Shown here: in pieces, positions 37,595 through 49,370 of the stretch | Layout of the letters: the number at the start of each line of letters is the position of its first letter | Numbering within the stretch: position 1 is the first letter of the stretch | Assembly: GCA_964187785.1 (NCBI GenBank) | Contig: OZ076417.1 | Span: 24,304,001 to 24,368,000, forward strand | Source: Amphiscolops sp. MND2022 | Taxonomy: Eukaryota | DNA: 64,000 nucleotides | Direction of reading: 5' to 3' | Position numbers and translations under genes: made by a program | Notes under the pieces: generated by a model | What the model saw: the letters and a program-made list of their open reading frames with translations, nothing else | What the model was told of the DNA's origin: nothing | Databases searched by the model: none

Positions 37595-39177
37595 TTTTTT
37601 GAATTCGTATCATATTCATCGTTGTAATCCATGTCGTAGCAGTCGTTGGTTTCTTCTGGTTGGGTGGTCTGGCTTGTCGCTTGCGTGACTTGGTAGGTCG
37701 GTTGGTAGTTGTTTTGTGACTGTTTGAATTCACGGCGGAACTCTCGGTTTTCATTGGTGGATTGTTTGTCATATGGTACATTTCGGTAAGCCGATGCACC
37801 TGGTACCCTGTCTCTGCAATCCCGTGCTGAATGTCCGATCCTGCCACAAATTTGGCATACTAATTTGGAGTTGTATCGTGGTTTTTCGGTTTCTTGTTGT
37901 TGGGCATTGTTGTTTCCAGGTTGGGGACGTTGTTGTGATTTCTTCGTTATTCCGTTGGCTTCGTCCCTGAGGCGTTTACGGCATTCGATCCACTTGTGGC
38001 CCAGTATGTTGCAGTATCTGCAATTTCCTTCGAATCTTCGTTTGACTTCTCTTGTTGGGTTCTTCTCGGTGTTGTTTGGGTTGTGGGCTGGCTGAGCGTT
38101 GTTTTGCTTTGGTTGGTAGTTGTAGACCTGGTTAAGTGGCTGCATATCTGAGGTGCCGGGGAGCAGTTGTGCATATTGGCAACGGCGTTGTACAAACGTC
38201 TTGATTTCTTCAACCTTGGCATCGTGTTTGCCTGCCATGGCAAGTTCATTCTGAATCTGGATTGGTAGTTTGGCAAACAAGAATGTTTCGGCTATGTCAT
38301 TGGCTTTATCTCCGTATGCTTGTTTGGCAAGTTTCTTGTATCTAGTTAGGAAATCGGCAAATGATTCCTTTGTGGGGTCATACCTCATCTGATCGAATTT
38401 GTACTTCGATACTTCTTTGAGGTCTTCTTTCGCATACTCCTTGGTGAAAGCTTGCAGGACGTCTTGGAGTGTCGTTTCTGTCGTGATTTTTAGTGTCTGC
38501 CAGAATTCTATGGCTTCGTCTCTAAGCAGGCTTTGAAAATAGTTTAGCTTCTGCTCTTCTGTTAATTTGTTCATGTGTGGGCGGAGGTGGTTCTTCAGTA
38601 GAGGTTCGAATTCGTTGTACTTCTCTCGGTTTCCGCGGAAGAGAGGTACTTGAGTTTGGAGGATTTTGGGCTGTATTACTCCATCGGTCATTGTTGTTCG
38701 TAGGTTGTGTATTTCGGTCAATACATCATCCATCTGAGGTTCGTTGGTGGGTGGTGCACGATCTCTGTTTTGGTGAGTTGCAGGGGTTGGGAGGGTCCTG
38801 CGTGGTTGTTGGATATTTGGAGTCGGATTTGGGTTCGTGGAGACTCCTGTGACCATGTCAGAACGAGTCACGTTCGTGTTGATAACGGTGTTGAGACCGC
38901 CACATTCGGTCGTCGGTGATGATATTTTCTTGGTAAGGGCTAACACAATGTTTGTTAATTCGCTGATTTGTTTATTCATCTCCATGAAACGTTGATCAAC
39001 GGAATTTGAACTAGAATTTTGTCTAACATTGATTAAATCCCCATTCTCGAATTCATTTATCTGGTTTCTAGATAACGTGTTAGGGAAACTATATTCGCTC
39101 TCGTTGTCACTATTCTGTTCCATTCCGCTGGAACATGCAGCATAACTATCTACGTTTTGAGATCTAGTATTGACCAT
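37588..39177 (-). CDS. gag: Gag (529 aa), intact, two CCHC zinc knuckles
   Basis: CRYCNILGHKWIEC and CQICGRIGHSARDC; capsid-like core (PLFRGNREKY...YFQSLLRDEAIEFW). The start codon lies inside the 5' LTR. Confidence 0.95.
   Translation of the reverse strand: MVNTRSQNVDSYAACSSGMEQNSDNESEYSFPNTLSRNQINEFENGDLINVRQNSSSNSVDQRFMEMNKQISELTNIVLALTKKISSPTTECGGLNTVINTNVTRSDMVTGVSTNPNPTPNIQQPRRTLPTPATHQNRDRAPPTNEPQMDDVLTEIHNLRTTMTDGVIQPKILQTQVPLFRGNREKYNEFEPLLKNHLRPHMNKLTEEQKLNYFQSLLRDEAIEFWQTLKITTETTLQDVLQAFTKEYAKEDLKEVSKYKFDQMRYDPTKESFADFLTRYKKLAKQAYGDKANDIAETFLFAKLPIQIQNELAMAGKHDAKVEEIKTFVQRRCQYAQLLPGTSDMQPLNQVYNYQPKQNNAQPAHNPNNTEKNPTREVKRRFEGNCRYCNILGHKWIECRKRLRDEANGITKKSQQRPQPGNNNAQQQETEKPRYNSKLVCQICGRIGHSARDCRDRVPGASAYRNVPYDKQSTNENREFRREFKQSQNNYQPTYQVTQATSQTTQPEETNDCYDMDYNDEYDTNSKNL
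37594..37600 (-). promoter_or_regulatory. -1 ribosomal frameshift slippery heptamer A AAA AAC
   Basis: Minus strand TCA AAA AAC TTG TAA ends gag; the -1 frame (AAA AAA CTT GTA ATA CCA...) is open through to the protease. Confidence 0.78.
38844..38855 (-). other. Primer-binding site TGGTCACAGGAG
   Basis: Starts with TGG directly after the 5' LTR end (…TGACA); priming tRNA not assigned. Confidence 0.75.
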
Positions 39178-39786
39178 CTTTGAATCTTCGAAAGGAATTG
39201 TTGTTTTGAAGGTTTATTGATTTTAATTGCAGATATGAATAATCAAGTTTTGACTAAATCAATGAGGTAAGCAACACTACGTTAGGCTGTGTAAAACTTC
39301 GTACTGATGGTACTTCAACTCTTGTCGCAATTTTCACTGCAGTTGGTCACGTGACCGCATTGGCCAATAGTATTGCGCTATTGATTAGGTGTTAATTGGT
39401 GCGTCCTGCTGGTAGCAACGTAAATGGTGTTTTGTACAAAAGGTAGCACCAATATGTTACCATGGTTACATGAATCATCTATCACTTGCGTTGGTTGATA
39501 CAAATTGCGTCTTTGATGGTGCACTACCAACGTTATATATGATACTACATTTTACTGATGAAATTAAATATGGTGAAAGCACTTGTACGTAGTGTGTAAT
39601 GAGTAAATGATGTCAATGTTTACAATTCGTTTTTTATTTTAGGAAGTAATAATATTGATGGGATAGGCCCGTCATTGTTCAATGGTAATTTATGGTTATT
39701 GAAATATCAAGAGTATTACATTTAACTGAGTTTTTTAAATGTTTAGAGTGTTTTTTATCAGTTTCATTCATGCTTCCGGCATGACA
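38856..39786 (-). repeat. 5' LTR (931 bp)
   Basis: Direct repeat of 24104-25034; AATAAA on the minus strand at 39213-39218; followed by the PBS. Confidence 0.97.
39345..39368. promoter_or_regulatory. Candidate LTR promoter: palindromic E-box GGTCACGTGACC next to palindromic ATTGGCCAAT
   Basis: Both motifs read directly; also present at 24593-24616 and in the third LTR copy. Confidence 0.5.
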
Positions 39787-40512
39787 GACACACTCCTAGC
39801 GAATCCTCGTGGATATCCTTGCTTTTATTACGTCGCTACTCACTTTCACCAATCATCTTCAACTCAACTAAGAAATCACTACACGTTTCCATATTCTTCA
39901 CCCACAACCAATTCATGCACACACTAGAGTTAATTTTCAATCACACCCTCACCCGTGTTTAACTTCGAAAACAGATATTTGTTAGATATTTGTTAGCAAA
40001 TTTCCATCTTTCGCCTTTCACAGAGCTTCATAACTTTTGTCATCATTCTAACATAACTTACATACAACTTTCATTCTTTCATAATCCATCCTACACTCGC
40101 CTTCTAGATTAAAACGACTCGGTTTCTCGTTATACCCTAACCTCTCCATTTAGTGACAAATCGAAAAACGATGTAATGATTCTGAATTTCCTAATAATTC
40201 TCCTATATCTGATCTATAAAACTCTCTCAATGACACTTCCAAACAACACAAATTCTGCCATTTGAAAACTTTGAGTTCAACTTTGTGTGCGAGCCCCTCT
40301 CCCTTCAGATAACACTCGTGTTTTAGTTGATTAGTTGATGTAGACGTTCATGCAAAAGCAAAATGTCTCACAGTTTGGACATGAAAGAAAAACGTTTATG
40401 GAACAAAAGGGAAAAGTTTGTGCAAAAATGATTCATTTCATCATTGCTGTGATGGAAAGGATTATAATCGAAATACTATAGAACCTCCTCGTATCTTAGG
40501 CCCTACTGTATC

Positions 40513-43056
40513 TTTGGTGCGCGCACTTTCTGTTTGGTTGGACTGAGGATGACGTGGCATTACAAGTTTTTTGAATTCGTATCATATTCATCGTTGTAAT
40601 CCATGTCGTAGCAGTCGTTGGTTTCTTCTGGTTGGGTGGTCTGGCTTGTCGTTTGCGTGACTTGGTAGGTCGGTTGGTAGTTGTTTTGTGACTGTTTGAA
40701 TTCACGGCGGAACTCTCGGTTTTCATTGGTGGATTGTTTGTCATATGGTACATTTCGGTAAGCCGATGCACCTGGTACTCTGTCTCTGCAATCCCGTGCT
40801 GAATGTCCGATCCTGCCACAAATTTGGCATACTAATTTGGAGTTGTATCGTGGTTTTTCGGTTTCTTGTTGTTGGGCATTGTTGTTTCCAGGTTGGGGAC
40901 GTTGTTGTGATTTCTTCGTTATTCCGTTGGCTTCGTCCCTGAGGCGTTTACGGCATTCGATCCACTTGTGGCCCAGTATGTTGCAGTATCTGCAATTTCC
41001 TTCGAATCTTCGTTTGACTTCTCTTGTTGGGTTCTTCTCGGTGTTGTTTGGGTTGTGGGCTGGCTGAGCGTTGTTTTGCTTTGGTTGGTAGTTGTAGACC
41101 TGGTTAAGTGGCTGCATATCTGAGGTGCCGGGGAGCAGTTGTGCATATTGGCAACGGCGTTGTACAAACGTCTTGATTTCTTCAACCTTGGCATCGTGTT
41201 TGCCTGCCATGGCAAGTTCATTCTGAATCTGGATTGGTAGTTTGGCAAACAAGAATGTTTCGGCTATGTCATTGGCTTTATCTCCGTATGCTTGTTTGGC
41301 AAGTTTCTTGTATCTAGTTAGGAAATCGGCAAATGATTCCTTTGTGGGGTCATACCTCATCTGATCGAATTTGTACTTCGATACTTCTTTGAGGTCTTCT
41401 TTCGCATACTCCTTGGTGAAAGCTTGCAGGACGTCTTGGAGTGTCGTTTCTGTCGTGATTTTTAGTGTCTGCCAGAATTCTATGGCTTCGTCTCTAAGCA
41501 GGCTTTGAAAATAGTTTAGCTTCTGCTTCTTCTGTTAATAGATCAACGGAATTTGAACTAGAATTTTGTCTAACATTGATTAAATCCCCATTCTCGAATT
41601 CATTTATCTGGTTTCTAGATAACGTGTTAGGGAAACTATATTCGCTCTCGTTGTCTCTATTCTGTTCCATTCCGCTGGAACATGCAGCATAACTATCTAC
41701 GTTTTGAGATCTAGTATTGACCATCTTTGAATCTTCGAAAGGAATTGTTGTTTTGAAGGTTTATTGATTTTAATTGCAGATATGAATAATCAAGTTTTGA
41801 CTAAATCAATGAGGTAAGCAACACTACGTTAGGCTGTGTAAAACTTCGTACTGATGGTACTTCAACTCTTGTCGCAATTTTCACTGCAGTTGGTCACGTG
41901 ACCGCATTGGCCAATAGTATTGCGCTATTGATTAGGTGTTAATTGGTGCGTCCTGCTGGTAGCAACGTAAATGGTGTTTTGTACAAAAGGTAGCACCAAT
42001 ATGTTACCATGGTTACATGAATCATCTATCACTTGCGTTGGTTGATACAAATTGCGTCTATGATGGTGCACTACCAACGTTATATATGATACTACATTTT
42101 ACTGATGAAATTAAATATGGTGAAAGCACTTGTACGTAGCGTGTAATGAGTAAATGATGTCAACGTTTACAATTCGTTTTTTATTTTAGGAAGTAATAAT
42201 AATGATGGGATAGGCCCGTCATTGTTCAATGGTAATTTATGGTTATTGAAATATCAAGAGTATTACATTTAACTGAGTTTTTTAAATGTTTAGAGTGTTT
42301 TTTATCAGTTTCATTCATGCTTTCGGCATGACAGACACACTCCTAGCGAATCCTCGTGGATATCCTTGCTTTTATTACGTCGCTACTCACTTTCACCAAT
42401 CATCTTCAACTCAACTAAGAAATCACTACACGTTTCCATATTCTTCACCCACAACCAATTCATGCACACACTAGAGTTAATTTTCAATCACACCCTCACC
42501 CCTGTTTAACTTCGAAAACAGATATTTGTTAGATATTTGTTAGCAAATTTCCATCTTTCGCCTTTCACAGAGCTTCATAACTTTTGTCATCATTCTAACA
42601 TAACTTACATACAACTTTCATTCTTTCATAATCCATCCTACACTCGCCTTCTAGATTAAAACGACTCGGTTTCTCGTTATACCCTAACCTCTCCATTTAG
42701 TGACAAATCGAAAAACGATGTAATGATTCTGAATTTCCTAATAATTCTCCTATATCTGATCTATAAAACTCTCTCAATGACAGTTCCAAAAAACACAAAT
42801 TCTGCCATTTGAAAACTTTGAGTTCAACTTTGTGTGCGAGCCCCTCTCCCTTCAGATAACACTCGTGTTTTAGTTGATTAGTTGATGTAGACGTTCATGC
42901 AAAAGCAAAATGTCTCACAGTTTGGACATGAAAGAAAAACGTTTATGGAACAAAAGGGAAAAGTTTGTGCAAAAATGATTCATTTCATCATTGCTGTGAT
43001 GGAAAGGATTATAATCGAAATACTATAGAACCTCCTCGTATCTTAGGCCCTACTGT
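40513..43056 (-). repeat. Tandem duplicate of 37541-40509 (gag + LTR + 723 bp flank) with an internal deletion removing the PBS and U5 end
   Basis: 40513-41539 matches 37541-38566; 41541-42333 matches 38994-39786; 42334-43056 matches 39787-40509. Scattered substitutions and a 1-bp insertion at about 41528. Confidence 0.92.
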
Positions 43057-43519
43057 GTGTAAAATATTAAAATTCTACAGAAAATCATCAACTCAAAGCC
43101 TTTGATTATGGTAGCTCCTTCAACTTGATTATCAACAAAACACCATGAAATGACTCAGTACTTTAGAACTTACAGAATGAAAACAAGCCGTTCGAAATTT
43201 TAATGGTACAGATAACCTTCAACTCAATGCTTTTGATAACAGTAGCTCCTTCATTCTACCATTCGAAAACTACTTCTTGGAACCCAGCAACCTCGCTTTA
43301 GAAAGTTTTGAACCTAATTGAAGAAGAATTTATTTATTCATTTGTAGGCCATTACATAAGTAATAAACTATACAAACAAAAGGGACGAAGAATGAGCTGA
43401 TCAGCTTTTCTAATGTCTTCGCCCCAGAGAACCAACAATGACATCTTAAAGCTACCCCGTATTTCACTTCTTTTTTTTTGCTTGTAGTCAATTCATGAAT
43501 GATATGTTCAGTACTAGTT

Positions 43520-46307
43520 TTGTTATATGACGTAAAATAATTCGAAGAGTTCTTTATTGTTTGGTATAAATAACTCCATAATTTGACGAAGATGGTTCTT
43601 TCCTTGTGTGTTTGTTAATGATTCAACCTTCTCAGGCATCAGATCACATGACTTCAACCAGTTATACGTTTTGATGACAGCATTTTTGAGAGAACGCCAT
43701 TTCAGTTGTGTTCTATCGGTTGTTACTGGTAGTAAACTTTTTGACTTTCTACGTTTATTGATTTCATTAGGAACAAAATGATCCTTCATATGGTCAAATG
43801 GCGAATTTCCTCTCAATTGTCTGAAAAGTTCAATGACTAATTCCGATATATACATTTCGTAAACTGTCAGGAATTTTTATCCTCAATAACATTTTGGAGA
43901 GATTCAGATTTTTTTAAAACATTGCTTGAATAATTCCCCTTTGTGCATTTTCAATAGGTTGAAGATTCGTTTTGGTTGTACTGCCATAACTCAACAGACC
44001 ATATGTAATAAGGGGTTTTGCATATGATTTTATGATTTATAAAAGAGAAGTAAACAATGCAAGGGATAAAGGTGTCTTATTCTATAAACCAGCCCGCAGA
44101 ATTTGTTCAGTTTTTTTGACACATTTTCAACATGATCCTTGAAGTTCAGTTTATTGTCTATTAATACACCTAGATACTTGCACGAACTTTTGCATGAGAT
44201 TTTTTCACCGAATGCTTCTTCACTTACCGGTTGTGCTCTACCGAAACTAATGGATTTGCATATTTCGACTTTGAGTGTTAATTTGTTCACGTCAAACCAA
44301 TTTCGCATTTTTCGTACATCTTCAGTGATTTTTTTTCTGAGTTCCTACCCATATTATATACCGTTGTGTCATCAGCAAATAGCGATATTTTGCTTTTCTC
44401 GCAAACAAGGGGAAGATCATTTATGTAAATTAAGAATAAGAATGGACCCAAGACTGATCCTTGCGGTACGCCTGTCTTTAGTTCTTTGGTCGAGGAGCGA
44501 ATTCGATTATGTTCAACGTACTGTTGTGTCGAATGTCTATATCTAGTGTATCGAATGCTTTTTTCAAATCAATAAAACATGCATTTCCTGCGTTACGTTT
44601 ATCCATCTTATTTCGAATGTAATCCAAAACTTCACCGATAGCATGAGTACAACTACTGTTATTTCTGAAACCATATTGATTGGGTGTAAAAGATTCGTTT
44701 TTCTTGAAAAATTTCGTCATTCGCTTACATAGTACCTTTTCAAAATTTTTACTGAGTGAACTTAACAAACTGATTGGCCTGTAATTCACAGGATTACTTC
44801 TGTCTCCTTTTTTAAACAGCGAAATTACTCTGGCTATTTTGAGAGGTTCTGGAAAGATACTCTGTTCCAAACATTTGTTGAAAACATCTGCAACACAGGG
44901 TTCAATGATTGGGGAACAGCATTTCAGAATTTCATTGGATATTCCATCATGTCCAGTACTTTTCTTGTTTTTTTAAATTTCGACATATTTGATTATTTCT
45001 TCAGTAGTGGTATTGTTTAACACCATGGTTTTGGTTATTCTAGGTATCGTCGATACGTAAACTAGATTCGGGAGTTTTGAGGTTAAGGCTGGGCCTAATT
45101 GCGTGAAATATTCATTCAACGCTTCGACTCCTGGCATTTTATTCGTCGGCTGATTCGCACTTTTCTTGCACTTCAACGTTTTATATATTCTGCTGGCTGA
45201 TGGATTTTCACCTAATAGCTTATCATTGTATTCTTTTTTTGCTTTTCGGATTTCATTAGTTACTTTATTTCTTAAACTCTTGAGTTCATTTCTGTTTACA
45301 ATGCTTGGTTATTTGATCCATTTCTCAAACGCTTTATCTCTTTGACTAATTAGGTTGTTCACCCTATTTGTAACCCAGGTTTGTTGACGCCTTTTCGTGA
45401 AGATCTTAATAGGTGCACATTTGTCAACACAAAACATAATACAACTTACAATTTCGCTTAGATATTTCTCGGGATCAGTTGTTTTGTCCACAGATTTCAA
45501 TTTCTGGTCTAATAGAAACAAAAAGTTTAGCGCTTTTGGACCTTTGATGTTTCTCAGATCCCTTCGTAAGAGCATCGGTTCCTCCCTTTTCTTGTTATCA
45601 TTCAATAGAAGAGGAATTTGAGATTGAAGCGCATAATGATCACTTATTGTTACTTTAACTGTTTTAATTTCAATGGGAAAACCGTTGATAACATGGTCTA
45701 AGCAAGTTGAGCTGGTGGTTGTGACTCTAGTTGGTGAAGTCTTTTGTATTTCATATCCATATGCAGCAAGTAAAGTTTTATATTTTCGTTTCTCATTGTC
45801 GTCATTTAGAGTGTCGATTTTGAAATCTCCAAAGAGCGTACAGTCGTGTTTCAGTGTTTTTAAAAACAGCAGTAAAGACTCGAATAAATCAAGGAAAACA
45901 GTGAATTTGACACCATCTGGTCGATAAACCACACAGAAATTTTTGATATTAGCTTCGTCGAACGTAGCTTCGATTATCAGACACTCCAACTCACTTGAAT
46001 AATCAATAATTTGATAGTCGACCCCATATCGAGCGTAAAAAGCGACTCCACCCCGCGTGCCATTTTTTCTAGGCTTTGATTCTAGTTGCTGGTATACTTC
46101 AAGTGCGTACTCGCTGAGTGGGTCGTTTTCTGTCAGCCATGATTCCGTGATGAATATTAGGCTGGGCCTATTTGAGTCATAGTCTTGTATTTTGAGCATT
46201 ATTTCATCAAAATGACATATTAGTGACCTTATATTGATTCCAAAAAAGAAAGGGTAGCTGTGTTTACCATTATTATTTGTTATTTTTTGTTGGTTCTCGA
46301 GAAACAT
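43520..46307 (-). pseudogene. LINE ORF2 (APE-RT), fragmented
   Basis: APE motifs NIRSL, ITESWL, GGVAFY, VYRP, GDF, CLDH, SDH. RT motifs NYRPISLL, QYGFR, DLKKAFDT, GVPQGSVLGPFLF, FADDT, KYLGV. Multiple stops/frameshifts and an apparent deletion between AFDT and GVPQG. Confidence 0.9.
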
Positions 46308-46404
46308 AAAATCAGTTCAGTTGTAGTTTTTTTGATGCAATCAACTAAAGTGGTATGTTTATCTTTCACGAGTTACCGTTTTACTGTCCCTACATAATCG
46401 TAGG

Positions 46405-47235
46405 TTAGTTGACCGCATCCGTTATCATTGGATTTTCATCAACAGTAGTTGTCGGTATACAGAAGGATTTTAAGATACGCCCACTTTCTTCATCGCTTGG
46501 TGATTCCAGTAGTCGTTTTCCAAGTGATTTGAAGTCATACATTTTCGGCGCTAACATGGGTGTTTTTTGTATAGCACTCTCTGTTTACTTTGAATAACGT
46601 TGCTTCTTTACAGCTCTGTCCTTTATGTCTTCCACTGCTTTCAACGAATTTATTGGAATGCTCCTGAAATCCCCTTCGTTTGTTTTGGTGAAGACTTTGA
46701 CATTGCAATTATACGTAGTTGTGATGAGGCCTTCGCTCTCCGCTTTCTCCCTAATTGCTTTCTGATGCGCAGGCAGTTTTTCCTTTAGAACTATGGGCTC
46801 ACCATTAATTGGGTTACGTATTCCAGCTAGCCACGATTTCCTACCGATTATTTCCATTTTGTCTCCAAAATAAATTAATTTTACGATAACAGGAGGAGGG
46901 TATTTGTCATGTTTCCAGGGCGCTAGATAATGGCATGCCTTGAAGTTACTGCTTTGCGATTTATATGATAAATGGGAATACAGAAATTCGCATACCTGAT
47001 CGGTCAAATTGACCTTACCATCCTTTTTCAGAGGTAGATTCTCAAAGATAATGGTGTCTTTTGATGAATACTTCTCACATTCGTTCGTCCTGTCCTCCAG
47101 TTGCGCCACACGGTTCTCCAGGTTTGTAATAATACCATCTCTTTTTGTAATTTCAGTCAATAATTGCGCAAGAATTGGTTTTATTTCACTCTTTTTCAGT
47201 GATTCAATAGAAGATTTTAGCTCAGTTGTAGCCAT
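46405..47235 (-). pseudogene. LINE ORF1 (coiled coil + RRM-like) with an internal stop at 46585-46587
   Basis: ITNLENRVAQLEDRTNECEKYSSKDTIIFENLP pattern; the frame stays open for 59 codons after the first stop, to TAA at 46405-46407. Confidence 0.72.
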
Positions 47236-47754
47236 TATTCAACTTTCAAGCATAAGATTACGTAAGAATTTCAAACTTCTCAAGTGAAAGAACGCGACTG
47301 TTTACCTACTCATTCGCTCGCTGTGCTAATTTACCAAGATAACAGAAGCGACGTGTAAAAAAAAAAAACAAAAAAAACGTTGTATGTTGGACAGCTGAGA
47401 ATTCATAATTGGCAATTATAGCTTGTCCCTAGTGTCGGAGAAACCGAAAGAACGAATAGTTATTTTAGCTGATAATAATAGAATTGGTATCTACATGAGT
47501 AATGGCCTCGAGGAATTTCTATTCTAATTTGCTGAAATCCCCCCTTTGCTTTCTTTTTCTGTATTTTGTATTCACTTTTTAGTCGGCGCTTCAAAAAGTG
47601 AAACGCGATTATACTGGTTTATCTTTTTTTGAATCCACACGAACTGATCAAAAAAGATCTACAAAGTTCTACGAAACTTTGATATGACAAATTGAACCAC
47701 TGGGCCCAAGAAACTGGACTATAAAAGTTACTCTTTTTTCAACGTAGCATACAA

Positions 47755-49370
47755 TACCGGGTAGGACTAGAGGGTCCCCCTTTCAATTTTTCGGCATTGT
47801 GAGACTTTTTTCAAAAAGTTTTTCTCCAAAGGGTCCCCTTTCAATTTTGTTGATGTTTTGCAACAGAATGGGAGTTGAACAATCCCTTGTACGTTTTTCA
47901 GGACTATGAAACTGTTCTCATATTTCGTTTTTTTTTCAAAAGTTTTCTCAAGAGGTCCCGGGTTAGTTTTTTGATTTTTTTTTCAACAGCATGAATGTTA
48001 ACCCAACTGAACATGGCGTAGACTTTCGTTCCTGGCTTGTTTTTTTTTTACTTCTATCGTGGGAAACTCCAACATTCAATAATGCTAAAATTATCTTCTT
48101 TGTGTTGGTTGAAAGTAAACTTTTATATGCTAAATCACGAGTCAAACCTGATTTTGACTCTCATGACAAAGGATATCGGGGACAGGCCTGCCACAATCTT
48201 GAAAGCTTAAAATCCGATCGTTTGAGATGCCAAACTGACATATTCATAAATTTACGAGATGAAGCAGAAATTTCATTTATGAGGAGTAATTTTCGGGTCG
48301 AACAAAGACATCGAGCTCCCTGAGAAATGGTTCAAATTGTATTTAATAACAGGTCAAAATGACATCGCCAATCTTCCTAATCATAAGTTCTTTTCACTTT
48401 GTGACTATCCGGGAAGACCGCTGACTTCACTGAGTAGAGTTATGTGAATACTATGAACTTCAAATTACAACCAATACAATTCTTCCGACCAAATGTTGAA
48501 TTTTTAATCAGGTTAGTAGAGAAGAATTGATCACAGATAATGAATATCGAACCAAATTTTTGCATGTTTTGCATGCAAGCAAAGAAAGATTAGAATTGTC
48601 TACCGACGCGTAGTCGAACGAAGTAAGAGTTATAAGAGAAAGAAATGGATGAGATTGAACAAGACTTAAAAAAAGAAGGAAAAGGAAGAACGGAATGGTC
48701 GCACCAGTTAAAATACTTGTTTTCATTTTTGCATAAATTGGCGTTTTTAGTCGGCGCATTTTCCTTTAAGGAAAAAAGCCCGACTATTACAGTGGCTAGT
48801 TTTTTTTTTTTCGTCAGACCACAGAGCTCATCGCGTATGTACCACTTTTTACAGAAACTGATAAGTTCACTCAGGCCAAGTTCGACCAATGCAAACTTAC
48901 TGCAAAGGGTCCCCCTTTCGTTTTTTACCTTTTTTACGTAACCTACAAAACCGGAAGACTCCAAAGGGTCCCCCTTTCAATTTTTTTCGGCACTGTGCGA
49001 ATTTTTTTTTCGAAAATTTTTAATGTCTCAAAAGAGTCCCCCCTTCGGATTTTTTGATATTTTGCAACAGAAAGTATGTTAATGAATCCCAAAGGGTCCC
49101 CCCTTTCCATTTTTCGGCATTATGCGACGTTTTAGAAATTTTTTTTTCAAAAAAAAATTCAAAAAAAAATTTTTCAAAAAAATTTTCAAAATTTTTTTGT
49201 TTCCAGTCGGCAAAAGTGATTTTCCAGTCATATCGAGCATGAAAGGCACACTTTGGGTGTCTCGAAAGTGTTTTCAAAGCTTTTCATGAATACATCCTGG
49301 GCATATTTAGAAAACTCTGCGCTTTTTGAGCCTTAGATATAGCGCCGACTTTGGACGTTCCCGTCTTGTT
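47755..49370 (-). mobile_element. Dispersed repeat family B, composite copy with reiterated GGGTCCCCCTTT motifs
   Basis: Terminal about 65 bp is the reverse complement of 5736-5800; AGGGTCCCC motifs at about 47770, 47830, 48905, 48965 and 49095. Confidence 0.55.

Larger units (their letters stand above)
24104..39786 (-). mobile_element. Full-length 15,683-bp Ty3/Gypsy LTR retrotransposon carrying an antisense accessory gene
   Basis: Two 931-bp LTRs (TGTCA...TGACA), 5-bp TSD GACAC (24099-24103 and 39787-39791), PBS, PPT, gag, and pol in PR-RT-RH-INT order. Confidence 0.97.
43325..47360 (-). mobile_element. Decayed non-LTR retrotransposon (CR1/L2-like LINE), near full length
   Basis: ORF1 plus ORF2 (APE endonuclease + RT); 3' UTR ends near AATAAATAAA at about 43330. 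Ends approximate. Confidence 0.9.

Noticed and set aside
39345-39356. Tf1-like self-priming (GTGACCA in the LTR complementary to the PBS TGGTCAC)
   Set aside because: Only 7 nt, and the motif is part of a probable upstream promoter palindrome that is unlikely to be at the RNA 5' end.
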